A stretch of 64,000 bases of DNA, from contig JBHGBC010000001.1 in NCBI GenBank assembly GCA_041946805.1, forward strand, positions 2,866 to 66,865. The letters run 5' to 3'. Source of the DNA: a bacterium. Its GTDB lineage: Bacteria > Hinthialibacterota > Hinthialibacteria > Hinthialibacterales > Hinthialibacteraceae. The position numbers and the translations under genes are program-made. A model generated the notes under the pieces. The model made no database searches, was not told where the DNA came from, and saw only the letters and a list, made by a program, of their open reading frames with translations. Of this stretch, positions 26,188 to 34,043 are shown piece by piece. Every line of letters begins with the position of its first letter. Within the stretch, counting starts at the first letter, position 1.

Positions 26188-26296
26188 GGATGAGGGCGGT
26201 CACCAAGGTCCTCCCCTGCCATCGAGGGCAAGGAATGCTATTTCACCACCATGTACGGACTTACCGGAAGAACTCATATAATCGGTTTATGAATAA
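26188..26296. repeat. Partial mosaic repeat copy (GGGCGGTCACCAAGGTCCTCCCC hairpin-2 variant + CATGTACGGACTTACCGGAAGAAC arm), no core hairpin
   Basis: Matches the hairpin-2 and right-arm modules of copies B, I and K. Lies between the two paralogs. Confidence 0.45.
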
Positions 26297-26304
26297 TTCT
26301 GGTC

Positions 26305-27087
26305 TTACTGCTCTGCGGGGGAATAACACAATTCCGGCAGGAATGCCACGTTCATCTGCTCATCGATCCGCTGCACCAGACTTGCGAGTTTCTTGCGCAT
26401 CTCGGCGCATTCCGGCCCCATTTGTTCCATGGCTTTTTTGCTTTCCTCCAGGAATTGAGATAGATCTTGGGTTGGGAAAACAACACTGAACGCGGGAGTC
26501 TCTTGACCGAAGATCACTTCACAAACCTGGTAGGCCATGCGGACCTTTTTGTCTTTGGCCATGGCCAGCATTTCCTTGAACACCGCCTCGATATCGAAGC
26601 AGCATTCCGGCTTGAAATGGTAGGTCGCGATGTACGAGTTATACGTTTTTGTGAAATCGACATTGAACAAGGGATCCTCTGGTTCGTAGGACAGGTCGGG
26701 GCGCGCGACGAGAATCGAGGAGGAAGTGGATAGAATGTTTTGGTTGACCTTTTTTACCACTTCCTTGTATTTCTCGGATCCCGCCGACTGCTCCACTTTA
26801 TGGAAGGCTTCCATGCCTTTGTCCAAGGCGGCGAAACTGTCTAGGGGGACGATTGTGTAAAACGTGGACGAATGGCGGTAAGCCATGGACATGTAGGGGA
26901 AGCCGGCCTTCTTGAACATCTCGTTGGCTTCCTGGCCGGCCGCGATGTAGGCCTCCTCCCGGCCGACCTTCACGTTGTCCTGCATCAGCAGAAAAAGCTG
27001 CGGTTTCGGCGGTTCCTCCGCGAAGGACGAAGAACCGGAAATCGAGACCAGCGCGATAACGGCCGGATACAACCATCGTGCTTTCAT
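26305..27087 (-). CDS. Secreted hypothetical protein, paralog 2 of a tandem pair
   Basis: Signal peptide MKARWLYPAVIALVSISGSSSFA, with the same AGGAGGCGCAC-ATG ribosome-binding context. Conserved blocks with paralog 1 include LFLLM.D.VKVG.EEAYIAA, FAALDKGMEAF.KVEQ and GSEK.K. The ORF track extends to 27153. Confidence 0.6.
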   Translation of the reverse strand: MKARWLYPAVIALVSISGSSSFAEEPPKPQLFLLMQDNVKVGREEAYIAAGQEANEMFKKAGFPYMSMAYRHSSTFYTIVPLDSFAALDKGMEAFHKVEQSAGSEKYKEVVKKVNQNILSTSSSILVARPDLSYEPEDPLFNVDFTKTYNSYIATYHFKPECCFDIEAVFKEMLAMAKDKKVRMAYQVCEVIFGQETPAFSVVFPTQDLSQFLEESKKAMEQMGPECAEMRKKLASLVQRIDEQMNVAFLPELCYSPAEQ

Positions 27088-27235
27088 CGTGCGCCTCCTA
27101 AACCATGGGATAGGATTATTACGATGGTGAAGTCCTGGGTGGGATGGCGTCATTCTACGAAGCCTTGAATCGGGGGAGAAGGGAAAAACGTCCCGGGAAC
27201 TGGATGAATTTTCCGAACGGGAAGTTGTCCAGAAT

Positions 27236-29293
27236 TTACGACTGGGTTTCCTCCCCGGCTTCGCTATCGGCCTTGGGCAGTTTTTGGCGGTCGAAAAAGT
27301 AAGGGCTGTGGCTGAATTGCTTACAAATCAGCTCGGGCGGGATCTCGCGCAAAAACCGGGACGGCACCCGCTTGACCCGCTTGCCGAACTTGTTGCGTTC
27401 CTGGGTGAGGCTCAGGGTGAGATGCCGCTGGGCGCGGGTCATGCCCACATAACACAGGCGGCGCTCCTCGTCCACGTTCATGGCGTCCTTCATGGAACGG
27501 CCGTGGGGCAGCAGGTCTTCCTCCATGCCGCATAGGAACACGTAGGGGAACTCCAATCCCTTGGCGCTGTGCAAAGTGACCAGCATCACCGCGTCGGAGG
27601 GCTGTTTCTTGGGATGGCCGTTGCGTTCGGGCTCGTCCCCCAGGGAAATGGAGTCAATGAAATCCCGCAGCCGCCCGGCGGGATTCTGCTCGGCATAGGC
27701 GGACGCGGCCGAGACCAGTTCTTCCACGATGTCGATCTTGTTCTGCAGGGTGATGGGGTCGTCAATGGAGCGTTGCAGCTCGTCCCGGTAGCCGGAACGG
27801 TCCAACACCAGCCGGACGGTATTGACCAGCGGGGCGGTCTGGCTGTGCTGGTGGAGCTCGCCGATCATCTCCACCAGCGCGTGGATGCCCTCGCGGGCCG
27901 CCTTGGGGAGGGAGAGATCCCGCTGGGCGCGTTGCAGCGCCGCGAATACGCTGATCCCCTGTTTTTGCGCTTGTTCGCTCAGATGCACGATGGTTTGGTC
28001 GCCGATGCCCCGCCGCGGGTAGTTGACGATCCGCAGCAGGCTGAGGTCGTCGCGCGGATTCTGGATCACGCGCAGGTAAGCGGCCAGGTCCTTGATCTCC
28101 TTGCGCTCGAAGAATTCATACCCGCCCACCACCCGGTAGGGAATCCGGCACACGCGGAAGGTGCTCTCCAGGGCGCGCGACTGCACGTTGCTGCGGTAGA
28201 GGACGGCAAAGCTCAACCAGGGGGCCTGCGTCCGTTCGCGGATGGTTTGAATGCGCCAGGCGATGGTCTTGGCCTCGTCGTTTTCGTCCTTGGCCAGGAA
28301 CGCGTCGATGTTGCGTCCCCTCCCGTGCCGGGTCCAAAGCCGTTTGTCCTGGCGCTTGGGATTGTTTTTGATCACATGATGCGCGGCGTCGAGAATCGCC
28401 TGGGTGGAACGGTAGTTCTGTTCCAGTTTCACTACCTTGGCCCCCGGGTAGTCGTGGGTGAAACTCAGGATATTGCGTATCTCCGCTCCCCGCCACCCGT
28501 AGATGCTTTGGTCGTCGTCGCCCACCACGCACAGGTTCTTGTGCCGGGCGGCGAGCAGTGAGATGAACTGGTACTGGCCGTGGTTGGTGTCCTGATACTC
28601 GTCCACCAGGATGTACCGGTATTGGTCCTGGCAGGTCCGGAGAATGTTGGGATGCTCCCGGAACAGGCGGATGGGCAACAGGATCAAGTCATCGAAATCG
28701 GCCGCCTGGCAGGCGCGCAACTGCCGCTGGTAACTCTCGAACACGTCGCCGAAAACGAGATCGTACTTGTCGTTGAAAAGGGGGTAGTCCCGCGGGCCGT
28801 CCGCCAGAGTGTTTTTGTAATTGCTGAGGCGGGCCAGCAAAATGCCCGCGTCGAATTTTTCCCGCTTTTGGGGATGTTCGCGGATCAGGGTACGGATCAG
28901 GGCCAACTGATCGCCATCGTTGTAAATGGTAAAATCCCGCCGGTAGCCCAACGCCTGGCTGTGCAGGCGCAGAATCCGCAGACCGAGCGAATGGAACGTG
29001 CATAGGGTCACTTCACGGGCCGGGGGGCCGACCTGCTTCTGGATCCGCTGGCGCATTTCGTCGGCCGCCTTGTTGGTGAAGGTGACGCCCAGGATCCGCG
29101 CGGGATCCACTTTCCGTTCGTGGATCAGCCAGGCGATGCGGAAGGTGATCACCCGGGTCTTGCCGCTGCCCGCGCCGGCCAGGACCAGCAGCGGCCCATC
29201 TCCATGGGTCACCGCCTCGAGTTGTTGGGGATTCAATTCTTTGGCGAAATTCAAAGGACTCCGTCCCTTTTCCCATCGGGGATGACTTTTCAT
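27236..29293 (-). CDS. ATP-dependent DNA helicase, UvrD/PcrA/Rep family
   Basis: LNPQQLEAVTHGDGPLLVLAGAGSGKTRVI (motif I), DEYQDTN, and the conserved motifs through VI. Start is most likely the ATG at 29293 (MKSHPRWEK..); the upstream part of the ORF is low-complexity. Confidence 0.9.
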   Translation of the reverse strand: MKSHPRWEKGRSPLNFAKELNPQQLEAVTHGDGPLLVLAGAGSGKTRVITFRIAWLIHERKVDPARILGVTFTNKAADEMRQRIQKQVGPPAREVTLCTFHSLGLRILRLHSQALGYRRDFTIYNDGDQLALIRTLIREHPQKREKFDAGILLARLSNYKNTLADGPRDYPLFNDKYDLVFGDVFESYQRQLRACQAADFDDLILLPIRLFREHPNILRTCQDQYRYILVDEYQDTNHGQYQFISLLAARHKNLCVVGDDDQSIYGWRGAEIRNILSFTHDYPGAKVVKLEQNYRSTQAILDAAHHVIKNNPKRQDKRLWTRHGRGRNIDAFLAKDENDEAKTIAWRIQTIRERTQAPWLSFAVLYRSNVQSRALESTFRVCRIPYRVVGGYEFFERKEIKDLAAYLRVIQNPRDDLSLLRIVNYPRRGIGDQTIVHLSEQAQKQGISVFAALQRAQRDLSLPKAAREGIHALVEMIGELHQHSQTAPLVNTVRLVLDRSGYRDELQRSIDDPITLQNKIDIVEELVSAASAYAEQNPAGRLRDFIDSISLGDEPERNGHPKKQPSDAVMLVTLHSAKGLEFPYVFLCGMEEDLLPHGRSMKDAMNVDEERRLCYVGMTRAQRHLTLSLTQERNKFGKRVKRVPSRFLREIPPELICKQFSHSPYFFDRQKLPKADSEAGEETQS

Positions 29294-29684
29294 TTTCGGA
29301 GGGGGGAGATCCCCGCAAGGAAAGGGAATGATAGCACGCTGCGGCGGTTTAGCGAAACCGGGGGAAAGGGCGGACGCCTTTTTTGAACGCCCGGATCCAG
29401 GAAAAGGCCCTGAGAAATCGTGGTGGGGATTTTCGATTCCTCCTCCCAGATTGGGAGAAGATAGGAAGGTGTTGATTGATTCCTCCAATCGGCCGAATTA
29501 TCCTTCGCCGCGTCCTGCCAATCCCTCCGCGCCGGGAAGAAGGAATCAGAGACGGATCGCATTGGCCAGCCGCATACAAACTCTTCGGGATTGCATGCAG
29601 AACATATGCCCACGCTTCCATTTTTCTGGAACAACGCTTTCGCGGGGATGAAATCATGGTTGAACCATGGGATACAGATCTTGT

Positions 29685-31232
29685 CTATATAATCCTCCGG
29701 TACTCTTCCAACTCATATTCCCACACCCGTTCGCCGCAGTAGCGGTCGCCTTCGGGACAGAGGGGCCGCTGCCGGGCGAGCCGCCGCAGCGTACAGGGCG
29801 GCAGCAGGTAGCGCCCGATTTGGGGATTGACCGCGGCGATCTGCCGCGCCTCGTCCAATGACGCCCGCCAAATTTCTTCTTGCGCGTTGTAGCACAGGCG
29901 CATGGCATGCTTGTGCCGCAGGTTCAGCAGGTCGGACGATTCCGTGAAGCGGACGGCCGCCGCGTTGGGCAGGAGATATTCTACGAATTCCTCCCGCACG
30001 CCCCGGCGGCGGAGGGCGTTCATGGCGTCCCAGGCGAGGACCATGCCCTCTTCGTATTCCCGGCGGATGGCGTCGTCGAGTTTGATCAACTCCGGTGTGA
30101 TGAAATCCGGTTCGTCGGTGAGATGGGCGGCCAGGATGGGGCGCGAGGCGGGAGTCATGCGGTGCCGCTGATCCTGCGAATCGGCGGTGTGACTCAGTTT
30201 CTTGCGGAATGTATAGGCCGGGTGATACAGGCAGCGGGAGAGTTTCGACAAGGTCGTCACGTTGAGTGATTCACCCAACAGCCGGTTTTGCCCCGGATCC
30301 AGCACCAGCGCGATGGCCTCGCCGTCGCTCAGGGCGGAGCGGGGAAGACCGAGCACTTCCCGGACCGCGCCGGCCAGGACGGATTCATTGTTGGTTTTAT
30401 AATCGATGAGGCGGGATACCTTCCCCTCCAGGCCTTCATCGAATTCCTGGATGAACGCGCGGGCGTGTTGCGCTTCGGCGGGCCGGTTCGCGAAGAATAC
30501 CCATTCGGGCGTGGCTTCCAGTTCCAAAGGTTCTTCCAGTATTTCTTGAAACTTCGGCTCCACCTCCAGCAGGCATCGCGCCATCTTTTCCACCACTCGG
30601 TGTTGCTCGCTGGGAGCGTCGAACTGGCGGCAGAGGCGGTAATAGCGCAGCAAGGTCACTCCGCTGACGGTGTGATAGAGATAAGCGAAGGTGGCCACCG
30701 GCAGCACGTACCGTGCCGCTTCCTGCGCCCGTTTTTGGATGTCGGCGCGGACCTTTTTATCTTGAAGCGATCGCGCGGGAAAGCGTTTGCGGTATTCGCT
30801 CTCCACCAGGGGAACGAGTTTTTCCCCCAGCAAGCGGTACTGCGCCATCTGCGCGGCGAGGGTGTCCTGGTAAATCTCCAGCGCGGCCCCCGGTAGCGCG
30901 GGGATGACCGCGTTGCCGGGTTTGACGGCCACATACCGCTGGCTCACCTGTTCGGAATTATAAAAAGGATGGCTGTGCAGAAACGACCAGATGAACTGGC
31001 GGGACACGCGGTCCAGGGTGAATTGGAAATAGGCGTGCTGCAGTGTCGTGTGATGCCCGGCCTGGTAGAGGCTCTTGGCCAAAAAATCCCATTTATCGCC
31101 GATTTCGCCGTCGTGGACTATGCCCTTGGAGGAATAGCAGGTCCGCGCCGTGGCCAGGAAATTCCGGTAGGCGGACGGGAACCGCTTCTCCAGGATCACT
31201 ACCGGTTCGGGGGATAGAAACAAATCGGCCAT
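29685..31232 (-). CDS. thyX: ThyX-family (FAD-dependent thymidylate synthase-like) protein with two tandem ThyX domains
   Basis: 515 aa. The N-terminal half aligns with ThyX ([43 protein letters not shown] ~ [57 protein letters not shown] ~ [21 protein letters not shown]). The C-terminal half repeats the fold ([35 protein letters not shown]). The RHR signature is HSH in the first domain and RKK in the second. Confidence 0.75.
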   Translation of the reverse strand: [515 protein letters not shown]

Positions 31233-31364
31233 GCCGCGCTCACATTGCTTAGGTCTGATTGATTAACTCTGTATGTATGGCTCATCCGGCGAGTGTGTCT
31301 TTTTTTTTTCAAAAAATCACGATCGCCATCCAATCCATCTGGTACGACCAATAGCCCTAAATTA

Positions 31365-31500
31365 CCTCTCCCTTTGGTAGAGGGTTAGGGTGAGGGATTT
31401 TTTCTAGGGGCGGACCTTGGTGTCCGCCCGTATCATAACGTGGATAGAATAACGTAACCCCATCATGTACGCGCTTCCCGGATGAACCACATAAGTTATA
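31365..31500 (+). repeat. Mosaic hairpin repeat, copy I (core + GGGTGAGGGATT + TAGGGGCGGACCTTGGTGTCCGCCCG + CATGTACGCGCTTCCCGGATGAACC arm)
   Basis: Full-length composite copy, nearly identical in the hairpin-2 module to copy B. Confidence 0.75.
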
Positions 31501-31611
31501 TGAAATCAAGGTCTTATACCAATCCACTGGATATAATCTCAAAAGTGCGTAAGTGTCGGATTTATATTGACTTACAGATTTCGCCCTCTGGAACTTCGCA
31601 CTCTCTTGTGA

Positions 31612-31733
31612 AGTAATGTCTTTGAGCGCCAACGGCGCGGCAGGAGTATAGCCCGGGTGTAAGCCCTGGGATGTTTGCGAAAAAGTAAATAATCCCCTCT
31701 TCCTCTAGGAAAGGGATAAGGTGAGGGAAACCC
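31612..31733 (+). repeat. Mosaic hairpin repeat, copy J (GTAATGTCTTTGAGCGCCAACGGCGCGG..AAAAGTAAATAATCCCC left arm + degenerate core + GGTGAGGGAAA)
   Basis: Its ~90-bp left arm is about 85% identical to 42551-42640 (copy M). Lies in tandem with copy I in the same intergenic region. Confidence 0.7.
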
Positions 31734-31843
31734 TGCGCTATATCTACTGTCCGTACAATCGATTAAACGGTTCCATATTATTATTTTTGGCTACATTGAG
31801 TGTACTCAACAGAACCTGACCGGATGAATCCCTCTTTCGGCCT

Positions 31844-32815
31844 TCATTCCGGCTTGGAGTGAATGATTTCCCGAATGACGTAGGTTTTTTTGCGTTGGCT
31901 TTCGTGGTAGACCCGGGTCATCATTTCCGCCAGCAGGCCGATCATGATGATCTGGATTCCCACCAGCGCGAAAAAGACCGCCAGCAACAGGAAGGGATTA
32001 TTGGAGGCCTTGTCGCCTTCGAAAAATTTCTCGTAGGCCACGTCCAGCGCGCAGACGGCGGCGGCCAGGTGGAAGAGCATGCCAATGCCGCCGAAAAAAT
32101 GGCTCGGCCGGGTGAGGAAATTCCCCAACAAAACGAGCAGCGGCAGGTCGAGGAGCACCTTGATGATCCGGTTCAGCGAATACTTGGACTTGCCGCGCAG
32201 CCGGGGGTGATGGGTGACCTCGACTTCGGCGATGCGCGCGCCCATCCAATGGCCCAGGACGGTCAGGAAGCGGTGCATTTCGCCGTACAGGGAAACGCGG
32301 TCCAACACCTCGCGCCGGTAGGCCTTCAGGGTGCAGCCGTGGTCGTGGAGGTGGACGCCCGTGATCCAGGAGATGATCCAGTTGGCGATCCGGGACGGCA
32401 GGCGCTTGGAAAGAAACGGATCTTTCCGGTTTTTCCGCCAGCCGCTGACGATGTCGTAGCCTTCGTCCAGTTTCTTAAGCAGTTTGGGGATATCGCGGGG
32501 ATCGTTTTGCAGGTCGGCGTCCATGAGGATGAGGACGTTTCCCCGGGCGTGATCGATGCCGGCGGCGATGGCGGCGGTCTGACCGAAATTCCGCCGGAGC
32601 ATCAGCGCCTGGATGCCGGGATGGTTCCGGGCGATGTCTTCCAGTACGCGCGGCGAGCCGTCGCGGCTGCCGTCGTCGCAGTAAATGATCTCGTAGGACA
32701 GGCCGGTGGCTTCCAACGCCGGGCGCAAGTCTGCCTGCAACGGGAGGAGATTGTCCTCCTCGTTGTAGACCGGTATAATCACCGAGAGTTGGGGAGCGGG
32801 GGATTGTTCGTTCAT
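31844..32815 (-). CDS. GT2 polyprenyl-phosphate sugar transferase (GtrB/ArnC/dolichyl-phosphate mannosyltransferase-like)
   Basis: 323 aa; LSVIIPVYNEEDNL...YEIIYCDDGSRDGS...LMDADLQNDP (DxD), followed by two C-terminal TM helices. Confidence 0.85.
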   Translation of the reverse strand: MNEQSPAPQLSVIIPVYNEEDNLLPLQADLRPALEATGLSYEIIYCDDGSRDGSPRVLEDIARNHPGIQALMLRRNFGQTAAIAAGIDHARGNVLILMDADLQNDPRDIPKLLKKLDEGYDIVSGWRKNRKDPFLSKRLPSRIANWIISWITGVHLHDHGCTLKAYRREVLDRVSLYGEMHRFLTVLGHWMGARIAEVEVTHHPRLRGKSKYSLNRIIKVLLDLPLLVLLGNFLTRPSHFFGGIGMLFHLAAAVCALDVAYEKFFEGDKASNNPFLLLAVFFALVGIQIIMIGLLAEMMTRVYHESQRKKTYVIREIIHSKPE

Positions 32816-33062
32816 GATCCTGGATGGGTTACTCTACGGCGTGGGCGCACACCGGTCAATCCACGACGATTCCGTGAGCGACGGCCACGCCCACGGCCGC
32901 AACGCCGGTCAAGGGCGCGTGGGAGTAACCGGTAAGCCCCCGTGGTTCGGGCCGTGAGGTCGGGGGAAAGGCAGCATCTTGCGTTTTTGGCGGCGATGGA
33001 TAGGATGACAGCGGCTCTCGGGATTCAAGATCCCAATTTCATGGGGAAGGTGGTAAACCGGA

Positions 33063-33506
33063 ATGGATAGAGATTTGCGGAGCAACTTGTACGAGTATGA
33101 AATCAACCGGTTTCAGGAGTTGTTGAAGGACAACCGGGAATACGCGTTTCAGCGTTACGGATGGACCGTGTTTTACAGTCTGCCTCCCGAGCAGACGTTT
33201 CAGTTGAAGAACGAACTAGGCTGGAAGGGCAACGAACCCTTGGATTTATACAACCTGGGAGCGCTGGAATGTCAGAACGGCAATCTGAAAGAGGCCATGA
33301 AGTATTTCGAGAAGGCGGAAAACCAGGGATGCACCGCGCCGGAATTGTATTTCAACATCGCGGCCATCCACGAAGAGCAGCAAGAGACGGCCAAGGCCAA
33401 GGCGTATTATCAGAAATACATCGACGCGGCCGAAAAATGGGATGAGATCCCCAAGAGCCTGCAAAAAGAACTTGATGAAATCCGCGAGCATATTAAAAAA
33501 TTATAA
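33063..33506 (+). CDS. Small TPR-like protein (hypothetical), in a lower-GC patch
   Basis: 147 aa; LGALECQNGNLKEAMKYFEKAENQG..ELYFNIAAIHEEQQETAKAKAYYQKYIDAAEK. Local GC is clearly lower than the flanking DNA. Confidence 0.4.
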   Translation: MDRDLRSNLYEYEINRFQELLKDNREYAFQRYGWTVFYSLPPEQTFQLKNELGWKGNEPLDLYNLGALECQNGNLKEAMKYFEKAENQGCTAPELYFNIAAIHEEQQETAKAKAYYQKYIDAAEKWDEIPKSLQKELDEIREHIKKL

Positions 33507-33703
33507 AAGTAAAATATAAGAGGGGGATTCCCTCCCTGGGGCTCAATCTCCCTTCGGAGATTCCGATAATAAGCTGGCGCGGCCGGCTTATTTCTTTTTC
33601 GGATCATTCGGCAAATGCGTGCCTTTTATATCGAATAGCTCGCTTGTTCAGATGGCTGGATGGCGACTCTTCGAGTTGATCGCTCAGAATCACTCCCAGA
33701 ATC

Positions 33704-33848
33704 CGCTCTCCCTCTGGGAGAGGGCCAAGGTGAGGGAATTGTGGTTGGGAGGTCCTTGGTCTCCACCCGTACCAGCAATTGGATGGCCTGCCAGTTCACC
33801 ATCCATGCACGCGCAAACCGGAAGAATATCTTTCGGACAACCGGTGTG
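33704..33848 (+). repeat. Mosaic hairpin repeat, copy K (core + GGTGAGGGAATT + GGGAGGTCCTTGGTCTCCACCC + CATGCACGCGCAAACCGGAAGAAT arm)
   Basis: Module order is identical to copies B and I, with compensatory changes in the hairpin-2 stem. Confidence 0.7.
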
Positions 33849-34043
33849 TCTGGGAGGGGCTACCCGGACGCAGTGAGGGATATGATAAACCAGATCAAGC
33901 CGCGGACCATAACTGTATATAAATTGAGAATTTCGTATTGCACTCAGGTTGGATTCATGCTATGGTGAACAATCGTCTGATCCGGACAAGGATCTATGCG
34001 TGTGTGAAATGAGAGGGACTCCTGGGTAGAATTTCGCGGTCGC

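Noticed and set aside
32980-33062. Possible sigma-54 promoter aGGCAGcatcTTGCg upstream of the 33063 gene (and TTGGCACatgccCGCC at about 16486)
   Set aside because: In both, the -24 GG to -12 GC spacing is 9 nt rather than the strictly required 10, so I do not call them sigma-54 promoters.
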